Shown: positions 7,069-19,540 of the stretch, piece by piece
Layout: each line of letters opens with the position of its first letter
Position numbering within the stretch: the first letter of the stretch is position 1
Source: Chrysemys picta bellii
Lineage: Eukaryota
Assembly (NCBI RefSeq): GCF_011386835.1
Contig: NC_088791.1
Coordinates: 352,222,001-352,286,000 of the forward strand
Length of the DNA stretch: 64,000 nucleotides
Reading direction: 5' to 3'
Notes under the pieces: model-generated
Told to the model about the DNA's origin: nothing
What the model saw: only the letters and a program-made list of their open reading frames with translations
Database searches by the model: none
Made by a program: the position numbers and the translations under genes

Positions 7069-10000
7069 GAGGTGGTGGATGTGTCCGACGGGCTAAGAAA
7101 GGCTCAAGGTGCCTGTGGAGAGAGAGAAACACAGTGAGGGGTGGTTACACAGTTTTAAAAAAATAATACAGTAAATATTTTATAGTTATAAGCAATATAG
7201 AAAGGGGGGTGAGCAATGAGGTGGTAACATTCAAATTCAAAACAGATAAAAACAAAATCCTTTCTTCACTCACTGCCTAATTAGACTCAGGAAGTCTTTG
7301 CCACAAGAGGTATTTGAGGCGATGAGGTAAGCAAGAATCACGATGGGGTTTGGCTATGTCCATGGATAGTGAGACTGTCCAGTAACAATTGTTACGATAA
7401 ATAAATAGTTTGGAAAGTCTATATGCCCACATGTTTGTGGGGAAAAGCTAATCTCTAGCTGTTAGGCATTAGGGTGACACCCTCATGACGGTTTTCCTCC
7501 CATACAACTACGACTGGGTTTCTGCCACCTTGTTCTGCAGCACCTGAGGCTGTCACTGTCATAGAGAGAAGATACTTGACTAGATGGACCGTAGGTCTGT
7601 TCCACGGTGCAATTGCTATATTGTAAAGGAGCCAAGTTACCTTATGGAAACAGACATTATCCTGCTGGACTATGACTTTGTGCTAAACAGAATGGGCATG
7701 AAGGGCACATGGGACTTGGTTTTTAGGGCTATGGGTCTGCACCTCTGTTACTTCCCTCATTTCTTTTGGTGAGACACTTTTTTGCAGGCACCCAGCTTTG
7801 TCTGAGACATAAATTACAGGGGTTAACTGACATGGGTAAGCAGAGACATGTGTCAGCAACTCAGCTGCTAACCCTTCTCATGCCTGAATATTGACGATGA
7901 CACGAAAATTGGGGGATCATAAATAATGAAGAGGACAGGTCAGTGATTCAGAGCAATCTGGATTGGTTAGAAACAATGTGTGTTCTAATATAGCTATGTA
8001 GATATCTGCATCTAGGAACAAAGAATGTAGGTGGTGCTAACAAGACGAGGACTATTGTGTAAGTGCAGTGAATCTGAACAAGAATTGGGGACATGAAGGG
8101 GAAACCAGCTAAACATGAGCTCCCATGTGTGTGACCCTGTGTCCAAAAGAGCAAATGTGATCCTGGGATGATAACCAGGAGAATCTCAAGGAGAAATAGA
8201 GGAGTTATTTTACCTCTGTATTTGGCGTAACTGCTGCTGGAATCCTGTGTCCAGTTCTGGTGTCCAGGATTAAAGATGGATGTTGATGCACTGAAGAGGG
8301 TTCAGAGAAGAGTCACAAGAATTAGTAAAAGATTGGAAAACCTGCCCTATAGAGATAGACTGGATAGCTCAATCTATAAGATGGTTAATGGGTGACTTGA
8401 TAACGGTCTGTAAGTACATACACAGGGAACAAATATTTAATCATATGCTTTTCAGGCTACCATGAAGAGGTGTAACAGAATTCAATAGCTGGAAGTTATG
8501 CAAATAACATTTAACAACAACAATTGGAAACACCCAGGCTGCAGTTTTGTTGCTTGCCAGGGAAAAGATACCCTGAGCCCAAATGCACTCAGGGCTAGGA
8601 AAAGTCACAGCGCTGGACCAACAATCGCAAGGTAACATTTAATTTCAGCATCCTCAACACCCAGCACTGCTCACCTGTCCCTTTATACCCCGGGATTGCA
8701 CCGACAACACTCAGCGCTACCTGTTTCTCTGTGTAAACCCCCTGCCTGCCCCCCCACAAACCCCATCACTGCCTTCCTGCCTGTGTACATTCCACAACCC
8801 CCATCGCTGCCCGTCTGTCCATGTACACCCCCCCATCTACCCCATAACCAACAGTGCTGCCCACATGTCCACGTAGTGCAGCCCCTTACAAACCCACACA
8901 TACTTCCCTGAGGCTGCTTTTTCATATTGACAATTGCTGATTTTACCAGAAGGCTTTAATGGGGTTTGTCACGGGAGGAGGGATGGTCTGGATGGGGGAC
9001 GGTGTCAGAGACAATCTGCTAGAGTGGTCCACATAACATTACAGTCTGACACACACCGCTTCCCCAGACCATCCCTCCTCCATGAGCAACCCCACTACAG
9101 CTTTCGGATAACATCAGCAATTGCCAGCAGGGAAAAGCAGCCTCAGGAAAGTATCTCCAGGTTTCTAACAGGCTGCAATATGTTAAAGCTGTGTGTCATT
9201 TTCAGGAAGGTTTACTCATGCTGGCTCCAGGCCATTGTGATCTGGATACTGTGCATCATGCTGTCAAGCCTCCCCCGTCCCCACAAACACATTGTGTGTT
9301 CCCGGACCTCCTGGTGAGTTTTCCAACATCGCCTGGTTTCCTCTAAACCAGAAATATGCTTTTATTTTTACTGTCTTTTGGACCTTTTGGTGCTTCACAG
9401 ACTCTGCAACCCAGAGATGCAGGGGCATGCCGAGAGCAGACCTCTTTCCCTCCCTGAATAAAAATTGTTATCCTAGTTGTTTTGAACCTTTAAGTCTGTG
9501 AGTTTGAGATCTGAGCAACTCTCCACTCAGTTTTTTTTGGTCCAAATGAGCTCACCCGTCCTTAGAGGCCACAGGATGACTCCAGTTAAAGTCACTGGAG
9601 GCTCATTGTTGGTGTAAATGACATCAATTTTGTAAGTCCCTACATGTGGACTTAGGGTGATCTCAATGGGGCCAAGGTTTCACCCTTAGTGTTTAACTTT
9701 TGGCTTCAGATCTTTCTACAGAGAGCGCTATTCTGTATGGGTGCTGAAGAGTCTGAAGGAAACCCCCAGTTTATTTGGCATTCTGAGACCGGGCATGAAA
9801 GATGGGGATTTAAAAACATTTGGGCCCTGATTTTGCTCTCAAGGAAGCCTTTGTCAAGCTGGAGTGTCCCAGTGAAGGCGGAATGTAAGAGCAGAATCTG
9901 GCCAGTGTGTGACCCATTCTTGTTGTGAACCCTCCGGTAACACAGATACCCACTGCAGACGCTCTGGCTATTCTACCTAAAAGCACACTGAAGTTACTGA

Positions 10001-10296
10001 CTTGGAAAACTTGAGCTAACCGCAGGAAAAAACACACAACCCCCAAAAAGGAAGCTACTGAGACAGATAGAAGGACACAGTAAGAGACAAAGAACTGATC
10101 TTAAAGACAGAGATTTGTCTAGACTATTTCCAGTACATTTCTAGTTCCAATTTTACCAGGTAAATCCCTTGGTGTTTCACACCATACTAAACAGATTGAG
10201 TCGCTGTCCTGGTGAATTCCTGCCCAGATGGTTGTTGACATGAACCCTGGAACTCTTCCTGAGCCCTTTGCACTATATTCAATGCAGAAACAGGCA

Positions 10297-10552
10297 ACTC
10301 ACCGAAATCCCACTCAGCACAGAGAGGAAATCTCCTTACTGTGACCGGAAGGCAGAGCCCTGAGAATCAGCATATGGATCTCGCGTGTCTGATATTCGGT
10401 GTGCTGGGCAGTGTCCTTTATAATTCCCCTGAACATTCCCTGCGGACTCTCAGGTTGGCCAGGACTCCTGGACAATTCCCTTATCTCCGCGAGCATCAGG
10501 AAGAGTGGAAAATAGACCCAGTAGAATGTCAGCTTGAGAGCTTCCCCTGGGA
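10297..10552 (-). promoter_or_regulatory. Candidate promoter / non-coding first exon of OR-2
   Basis: Perfect TCCCNNGGGA (10543-10552), TATAAA on minus (10422-10417), donor G|GTGAGT (GT at 10302). Confidence 0.5.
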
Positions 10553-11049
10553 GTGAAGAAATGATTCGCTGACAGCAGGGACTTCGATTACCAGGGGAAA
10601 ATGTTTCTTGCAGAATGTTCAGCTTAGCAGCTGATGACGGCTTTCTTTTCTGTGTGTAATGTACCGCCGTCTGCTCTATGTTTGGGAATGCTGCTAAGAG
10701 ATACAGGACCAAAACCCATTTTCAATTTGAAAGGTATTTGCCAGTATCCCTTTGAGAGGTGTAAAGTGGATATTTATCTGGCAGCTCAAAATTTTCTAAT
10801 AGTTCTTTTATTTTCTGCATCGGGAAGGCATCACATTTCAATACTGTGTTCATCTTTCAGAAATCTGTGCAGAAATGGGCTGTGTTATTCTGCATCAGCA
10901 CTAATACCGTGGGACTTCTCCACTTATTGTGTGATTTCTTCACCACTCCCAAGGCCTAAATTATCTGGAGTTCATCTCACATGGTAACCCATGTTTTATG
11001 AGGGAACAGCCACAGAGTTTGCCTCATGTGTTGCCCTGGGGCCATTCTT

Positions 11050-11568
11050 ACGGAATTAGACTCAGACTTGCATGTTTTATTTTATTTTACTTAGCAATTC
11101 ACTTTGTTCTGTCTGTTACTACTTGATACCACTTAAATCCTACTTTCTGTATTTAGTAAAATTGCTTTTTACTTATTCATTAACTCAGAGTATGTATTAA
11201 TACCTGGGTGGGGGGAACAAACAGCTGTGCATATTTCTCTATCAGTGTTATAGAGGGCGAACAATTTATGAGTTTACCGTGTATATGCTTTATACAGCGT
11301 AAAACAGATTTATTTGGGGTTTGGATACCATTGGGAGTTGGGCATCTCAGTGTTAAAGACAGGAACACTTCGTAAGTTGCTTTCAGTTAAGTCTGCAGCT
11401 TTGGGGCACGTGGTTCAGACACTGGGGCGGTGTTGGAGCAGACTGGGGTGTCTTGCTCAACAAGACAGGGTGCTGGAGTCCCAAGCTGGCAGGGAAAGCA
11501 GGGGCATAAGTAGCCTTGGCACATCAGTTGACAACCCTAAGGGAGTTTCTGTGATCCAACCCATCACA
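11050..11568 (+). mobile_element. 5'-truncated LTR, duplicate of 5200-5711
   Basis: Same sequence, ending 'gtgatccaacccatcaca'. Confidence 0.7.
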
Positions 11569-11982
11569 ACCGGAATACGACATAGATGATAAAGAAGTTC
11601 AGCATTATAGTTTCTTTCCTTGTCTTTGGTTATCGAAAATGTAGCTTCAGTTCGTTGAACAAAGCAACTTGTTCACACAGGATCCACCTTGTGTCAGAAA
11701 GCTGCAGTATCTTCTGGTGGTCTGGAAGTCATGGAAAGGCGGAGTGACATGGCTTCCAGGGATGGGAGAGAGATCAGATGACAGTCAGAGAGAGGGATCT
11801 CAGCAATGGAGAAAGCAGTGCTTGGTGATGGAGTGATAAGACACTAAGTTTGAGGAACTTCTCATACTGTGAACTTCCGCAATGCTGAGCTCAGCCAAAC
11901 GGGGACACAGCACCCTTGATTAAGGAGGAGCTATTCTTTCCACCTCTTGTCACACAGGTTTAAAGTTAGTGGTCCCAGGCAA

Positions 11983-12921
11983 TCATATTCTACAGGGGCA
12001 TTTGCCCACTTTGTCACGAAGCTCTTTGGTTTTGACTCCATAAATGATAGGGTTGAGCATGGGGGAGATGAGGACATAGACGTTGGCCAAGATGATGTGA
12101 ACATGGGGAGCGATGCCCTGACCAAACCTGTGTGTCAGAATGGAGAAGAGGAAGGGAGTATAAGTTGTCAGCATCACACAGATGTGGGCTGTGCAGGTGT
12201 TGATGGCTTTCTGGTGGGCTTCCTTATGGGAGATTTTAAGGATGGCCCTGATGATCAGACTGTAGGAGAGGGCAATGAGCGTCAGGTCTAACCCCATGAC
12301 TACAAATGTTACCACCAAGCCGTACGTCCTGTTGAGTGTGGTGTCCCCACATGACATTTTCAACACAGCCATGTGCTCACAATACGTGTGGGGGATAATG
12401 TGATTGGCACAGAATGACAGCCTGCTCAGGAGAAGGGGAATTGGCAGAACGAGGAGAACAGCTCTCATCAAACCCACTAGCCCTAGCTTAGCTATCCGTG
12501 TGTTGGTGAGGATGGTGGTATATCTCAGAGGGTTACATATGGCAACATAGCGATCAAAGGCCATTGTCACGAGGACGGCTGAATGTGTCATAGACCCCGC
12601 ATGCAGGAAGAACAACTGGGTGAGGCAGCCATCCACAGTAATGCCTTTCAAATTGAACCAAAATATACACAGTGCCTTTGGCACGACAGAGGTAGACATG
12701 GTGATGTCTGTGAATGCCAACATGCAGAGCAGCAGATACATCGGCTTGTGCAGGGTTTGCTCTTTCCCTACAACACACAGAACCATGAAATTTCCCAATA
12801 GGCCAATAATATAGAACATAGAGAAAGGGATGGAAATCCAGATGTGGGCAGCTTCCAGGCCAGGAATACCCGTTAGGATGAATGTTGAAGGGTCAGAGGG
12901 GGTGAGGTTGAAAGCTGCCAT
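11983..12921 (-). CDS. Class I (OR52-like) olfactory receptor OR-3, intact, 312 aa
   Basis: Same OR motifs; 12 aa and 17 nt differences from OR-2 by manual comparison. Confidence 0.97.
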   Translation of the reverse strand: MAAFNLTPSDPSTFILTGIPGLEAAHIWISIPFSMFYIIGLLGNFMVLCVVGKEQTLHKPMYLLLCMLAFTDITMSTSVVPKALCIFWFNLKGITVDGCLTQLFFLHAGSMTHSAVLVTMAFDRYVAICNPLRYTTILTNTRIAKLGLVGLMRAVLLVLPIPLLLSRLSFCANHIIPHTYCEHMAVLKMSCGDTTLNRTYGLVVTFVVMGLDLTLIALSYSLIIRAILKISHKEAHQKAINTCTAHICVMLTTYTPFLFSILTHRFGQGIAPHVHIILANVYVLISPMLNPIIYGVKTKELRDKVGKCPCRI

Positions 12922-15139
12922 GAGGTGGTGGATGTGTCAAACGGGCTCAGAAAGGCTCAAAGTGCCTGTGGAGAGAGAGAAGCACAGTGAGGGGTGGTTA
13001 CACAGTTTTAAAAAAATAATACAGTAAATATTTTATAGTTATAAGCAATATAGAAAGGGGGGTGAGCAATGAGGTGGTAACCTTTACAGATGGCACCAGA
13101 TTATGTAGATCATAGTGAAGTCCAAAGAAGTCATCAACGGGAGCTAACCAAACCAGGTGAATGGTCAGCATGATGGCAGATGAACTTCTATGTCAATAAC
13201 TGCAACGTGTATGCCATTGGAGGGAAAAGCTTGAATTCCTCAGACAGCTTACAAGGTTCTAATTTCACTGTAGGAATGCTGGCGTGGGACCTGGGCGTCA
13301 TGGTTCACAGCTCAGTACAACCCTGCTCACAGTGCAAGCATGGAGAGAAACTAAGCAAAACATTGGGATCCAGGAGGAGTGGGATGGGGAATCATACAGA
13401 AAATACAGTGTCATGAGATATGTCAGTCAATGTTTCACGCTCCTCTGGGCTCCTCTGTGTAGTCCTGAGCATCCTTCTCACACAGGATATTGCAGAATTA
13501 GAGTGGTCCAGGGAAGGGCAATGAGAATGATCAAAGGCCGGGGGCTCATATGGACTGGGACTGGTATTTTTACCTTAGAACTGAAACGAATAAGAGGGAA
13601 TATGAGAAAAGTGTAGAAATTATTGACTGATGGAGAACGTGTTCTCCCTGACTCATAACACAAGATCAAGAAGACATTCAATTAAGCTGAAATGTGGCAA
13701 ATTCAAAACAGATAAAAACAAAATCCTTTCTTCACTCACTGCCTAATTAGACTGAGGAAGTCTTTGCCACAAGAGGTATTTGAGGCCAGGAGGTAAGCAA
13801 GAATCACGATGGGGTTTGGCTATGTCCATGGATAGTGAGACTGTCCAGTAACAATTGTTACGATAAATAAATAGTTTGGAAAGTCTATATGCCCACATGT
13901 TTGTGGGGAAAAGCTAATCTCTAGCTGTTAGGCATTAGGGTGACACCCTCATGACGGTTTTCCTCCCATACAACTACGACTGGGTTTCTGCCACCTTGTT
14001 CTGCAGCACCTGAGGCTGTCACTGTCATAGAGAGAAGACACTTGACTAGATGGACCATAGGTCTGTTCCACGGTGCAATTGCTATATTGTAAAGGAGCCA
14101 AGTTACCTTATGGAAACAGACATTATCCTGCTGGACTATGACTTTGTGCTAAACAGAATGGGCATGAAGGGCACATGGGACTTGGTTTTTAGGGCTACGG
14201 GTCTGCACCTCTGTTACTTCCCTCATTTCTTTTGGTGAGACACTTTTTTGCAGGCACTCAACTTTGTCTGAGACATAAATTACAGGGGTTAACTGACATG
14301 AGCAAGCAGAGACATGTGTCAGCAACTCAGCTGCTAACCCTTCTCATGCCTGAATATTGACGTTTGCAGATGACACGAAAATTGGGGGATCATAAATAAT
14401 GAAGAGGACAGGTCAGTGACTCAGAGCAATCTGGATTGGTTAGAAACAATGTTTGTTCTAATATAGCTATGTAGATATCTGCATCTAGGAACAAAGAATG
14501 TAGGTGGTGCTAACAAGATGAGGACTACTGTGTAAGTGCAGTGAATCTGAACAAGAATTGGGGACATGAAGGGGAAACCAGCTAAACATGAGCTCCCATG
14601 TGTGTGACCCTGTGTCCAAAAGAGCAAATGTGATCCTGGGATGATAACCAGGAGAATCTCAACGAGAAGTAGAGGAGTTATTTTACTTCTGTATTTGGCG
14701 TCACTGCTGCTGGAATCCTGTGTCTAGTTCTGGTGTCCAATCCATTAAAGATGGATGTTGATACACTGAAGAGGGTTCACAGAAGAGTCACAAGAATTGG
14801 TAAAAGATTAGAAAACCTGCCTTATAGAGATAGACTCAAGGAGTTCAATCTATTTAGTTTAACTAAGATGGTTAATGGGTGACTTGATAACAGTCTGTAA
14901 GTACATACACGGGGAACAAATATTTAATCATATGATTAGCATACGAAGAGGTAACAGAATGCAATATCTGGAAGCTACATAAATAACATTCAACAACAAT
15001 TGGAAACACTCAGGCTGCAGTTTTGTTTTTTGCCGGGAAAAACATACCCTGAGACCAACCCGTGCACTCGGGGCTAGGAAAAGTCCCAGTGCTGGCCTTG
15101 AACCAACAATCTCAAGATAACATTTAATTTTAGCATCCA

Positions 15140-15410
15140 CAACCCCCAGCACTACTCACCTGTCCCTGTATACCCCCTGATTGCACTGACAACCCTCAGC
15201 GCTGGCTGTTTCTCTGTGTACACCCCTTGCCTGTCTCCTACAACTACCAGCAATGCCTTCCTGCCCATTTACATCTTACTCCCTACTCCACAACCCCCAT
15301 TGGTGCCCGCCTGTCCATGTACACCCCCTGCTTACCCCAGATCCAACAGCACTTCCCGCCTGTCTATGTTGTCCCCCCACTCCCACAACATCCAGCCCTG
15401 CCACACAGTG
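15140..15410. repeat. ~50-bp minisatellite (OR-3 unit)
   Basis: Same unit and same left flank ('aacaattggaaacac...gctgcagtt') as at 2650-3025. Confidence 0.75.
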
Positions 15411-16978
15411 ATACCCCTCACCCAGGTCCAAAACCAGGTGCCAAACCCCACAGTGACACCTCACAGAAATTCCCTAAGAGTAGGTTAAACTCAGGGTCTC
15501 CTTGCACTGGGGAAAAGTGGGGGATCAGCCTGAAGATCCTTTCTGGGGGCAAAGGGAACCCCAGCAGTTGCATCAGATGCAGCTCACTCTGTCAGAGGGA
15601 AGGAGAGTGGAGCAGACCCAGTGGGAGGGAAAGAGGACATGGAGATTGCAAGTAGCCAGCATGACTAATTCTTCCTCAAAATGACACACAGGTTTAACAT
15701 ATTGCAGCCCGTTAGAAACCTGGACATACTTTCCTGAGGCTGCTTTTCCATGTTGGCAATTGCTGATGTTACCAGAAGGCTGTACTGGGGTTGCTCACAG
15801 GTGGAGGGATGGTGTGGATGGGGGATGGTGTCAGAGACAATCTGTTACAGCGTGGTCCACATAAAGTTACAGTCTGACAGACACCCCTTCCCCAGGAGGC
15901 CTCGTTACAGCTTTTGGGTCTGTGCGTTAGGCAGGATGTCCATTTCCTATTTCACCCAGTTTCAGGACTCCACGCCATTGTGATCTGGATACTGCGCATC
16001 AAGCCTCCCCCGACCCCCATCCCACACATTGTGTGTTCCTGAACCTCCTTGTTTCCTCTAAGCCAGAAACATGCTTTTCTTTTTACTTCCTTTTGGTGCT
16101 TCACATCCCCTTCAGACCCAGAGATGTAGAGGCACCGAGAGAGCAGACCCCTCTCCCCCATGAAAAATAAGTTATCCTAATTGTTCTGAACCTTTAAGCC
16201 TGTGAGTTTGAGATCTGAGCAACTCTCCTGTCAGTTCTTCTTTCATGCAAACGAGCTTATCTGTCCTTAGAGGTCACAGACATCTCCAGTTAAAGTCACT
16301 GGAGGCTCATGGTTGGTGTAAATGGCGTCAGTTATATAAGTCCCTACATGTGGACTTAGAGTGATCTCAATGGGGCCAAGGTTTCACCCTTAGTGTTTAA
16401 CTTTTGTCTTTGGGTCCTTCTACAGAAAGTGCTATTCTGTAAGGGCGCTGAAAGAGTCTGAAGGAAACACCCTGTTTATGTGGCATTCTGAGACCGGGCA
16501 CTAAAGAAGGGGATTTCAAAACAGGGAAGCCTTTGTCAATCTGGAGTGACCCAGTGATGGCAGAATGTGAGAGCAGAATCTGGCCAGCGTGCAGTCCATT
16601 CTTGTACTGAACCATCTGGTAACACAGATACTGACTGCATAGGCTTTGGCTATTCTACCTAAAAGCACAGTGAAGTTCCTGACTTGGAAAACTTGAGCTA
16701 ACCGGAGGAAAAAACACACAACCCCCAAAAAGGAAGCTACTGAGACAGATAGAAGGACACAGTAAGAGACAAAGAACTGATCTTAAAAACAAAGATTTGT
16801 CTAAGCTATTTCCACTACATTTCTGGTTCCAATTTTACCAGGTAATTCCCTTGGTGTTTCACACAATACTAAACAGTTCAAGTCGCTGTCCTGGTGAATT
16901 CCTGCCCAGATGGTTCTTGACATGAACCCTGGAACTCTTCCTGAGCCCTTAGCACTATCTTCAATGCAGAAACAGGCA

Positions 16979-17220
16979 ACTCACCAAAATCCTGCTCATC
17001 TCCTTTCTGCGACCGGAAGGCAGAGCCCTGAGTATCAGCTCATGAATCTCACATGCCTGACACTCTGCGTGCTGGACAGCATCCTTTATGATTCCACCGA
17101 ACAGTCCCTGTGGACTCTCAGGTTGAATGGGACTCCCTGACAATTCCCTTGGCTCCGTGATCAGCAGGAAGAGCAGAAAATAAAGCAAGGAGAACGTCAG
17201 CTTGAGAGCATCCCCTGGGA
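16979..17220 (-). promoter_or_regulatory. Candidate promoter / non-coding first exon of OR-3
   Basis: TCCCCTGGGA at 17211-17220, CATAAA on minus (17090-17085), donor G|GTGAGT (GT at 16984). Confidence 0.48.
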
Positions 17221-18000
17221 GTGAAGAAATGATTCAGCAATAGCAGGGACTCAGATTCTCAGGGCAATCAGAGTCTTGCAGACTGTTTAGCCTAGTAGTT
17301 GATGATGGCTTTCTTTTCTGTGTGTAATGTACCGCCATCTGCTCTATGTTTGGGAATGCTGTTATGAGATACAGGACCAAAATCCATTTTCAATTGATCG
17401 GAGCAGCATAGCGCTGCATACCACCCATGCAGTTGTAATATCCAGTCCATCAGCCTCTTAAAAGTCACTGGCACCGAAGGGCATGGAAAATGCTTTCTTC
17501 TCCCAGGATTCTGGTATCACAGGTATTTGCCAGTATCCCTTTGTGAGGTGTAAAGTGGATATTTATCTGGCAGCTCAAAATGTTCTAATAGTTCATTTAC
17601 TCTCTGCATCGGGAAGGCATCACATTTCAATACTGTGTTCATCTTTCAGAAATCTATGCAGAAATGGGTTGTGTTATCCTGCATCAGAACTAATACCATG
17701 GGACTTTTCCACTAACAGTGTGATTCCTTCACCACTCCCAGGGCCAAAATGACCTGGAGTGCGTCTCACATGGTATCCCACGTTTCACGAGGGAAAAGCC
17801 ACAGAGTTTCCCTGATCTGTGGCCTTGGGCCCATTCAGAATGGTGGTATTTTACGTAGATGTGCCCTACTAGAGTGAGAACACCGTGGTAAAGGAATCAA
17901 ACAACTGCTACATCTGGATCTTTTGTTTGGGCTACAGTCCTTCCCCCATGCTTGTGTCACAGGTGCCGATGGGCCTAATCTGGGCTCTGGAGGGTATCAG

Positions 18001-18710
18001 TGTGATGGGTTGTCACCCCGGGGTGCAGTCCGGGAGCCATGAGAACTGCTGAAACCCCTCTAACCACTCATCTGGGCTTTTTTTTCACAATGCTTTACTG
18101 GTGATTCAACCTCTCCAGGTCCTGTTACCACCCAACACAACAGCATATGGTGCCACACACCCAACTGAGCTACCCAAGGGTTTACCTAAGCCACTCAAGG
18201 ACAAAAAGGAGACACCTGCCAATTTCCCAGCTCCCCAGGATCACAAGGCCCACTGGAGTATAAATCCGGTGATCTTTACAATGTAAGCTCATTAACAGAG
18301 TTTTCCCTCCCCTCGATGTGGGAAGGATATGCAACAAGCCTGTATTAACCAGCTGGGATTTTTCCCAGTCACGTCACTCAAAGGCGTAGTTTTGAGAAAG
18401 CGGAAAACAACTTTAAGAACAGAAAGTTAGATTTTAAGTGATTATAAGTGATAGCAAAGAGATTACCTAGCAAATTACTTAGCAAATAAACAAAACCACA
18501 GACTAGATAGATCGGATACTAGATAGAATTGATACTACATAGATTAAATATGAATTAGCAATTTCTCACCCTGGCTGATGATACAAGCAGTCCACCAGGT
18601 TTCCATACACAGGCTAGAAATCATTTTAGCCTGGGACCAGCACTTTCCCCTGTTCACTGTTTGTTCTAGATGAGTAAGGAAAACCTCCGACAAAGAAACC
18701 CCACAAAATT
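18001..18710 (-). mobile_element. LTR remnant; its 3' part is mirrored at ~20470-20745 (+)
   Basis: Starts 'tgtgatgggttgtcaccccggggtgcagtc', the reverse complement of an LTR end '...gacaacccatcaCA'. 18001-18270 aligns inverted to 20470-20745. Confidence 0.55.
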
Positions 18711-18714
18711 TGCT

Positions 18715-19540
18715 CTTTATAAGAGTGGCCATCCTGAGTCAGACCAATGGTCCATCTAGACCAGTATCCTGTACTCCAACATGGCCAATGCCAGGTGCTT
18801 CAGAGGTAATGAACCAAATAAGTAATCATCAAGTGATCCATCCCCTGTCACCTCTTTGCTGGCTAATAGCTACTGATGGACCCATCCTCCACGAACTTAT
18901 CTAGTTCTTTTTCCAGTCCTTTTATAGTATTAGCCTTTACAACATCCTCTGGCAAGGAGTTCCACAGGGTCAATGTGCACTGTGTGAAGAAATACTTTAT
19001 TTAGTTCTTTTTATACCTGTGGCCTATTAATTTCATTTACGGAAGCTGTTTCATAGTCTAAATTATTTCTGTTGCTCTTCTCTATATCTTTTCCAGTTCC
19101 AATTATCCTTTTTTGAAATGGGGTGACCAGATCTGCACACAGTATTGAAGATGTGGGCATACCATGGATATATATAGAGGCAAGATGATATTTTCGGTCC
19201 TATTATCTATTCTTTTTCTAATGATTCCCAACATTCAGTTAGCTTTTTGACTAATGCTGCAGATTGAGTGGATGTATTTCAGAGAATTATACACAATGAT
19301 TCCAAGATCTCTTTTTTGAGTGGTAACAGCTAATTTAGACCCCATCATTTTTATGTATAGTTGGGATTATGTTTTCAAAAGTACATTACTTTGCATTTCT
19401 GAACATTAAATTTCATCTGCCATTTTGTTGCTCAGTCATCCAGTTTTGTGGGATCCCATAGTAACTCTTTTCAGTCTTCGTTTACCCCTTTCTCCAGACC
19501 ATTTATGAATATGTTGAATACTAGTGGTCCCAGTTGTGCT
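18715..19540 (-). mobile_element. CR1 LINE 3' end fragment
   Basis: 'gccatcctgagtcagaccaatggtccatctag' and 'ggcaaggagttccacagg' are reverse-complement CR1 3'UTR/ORF2-end motifs. Confidence 0.7.
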
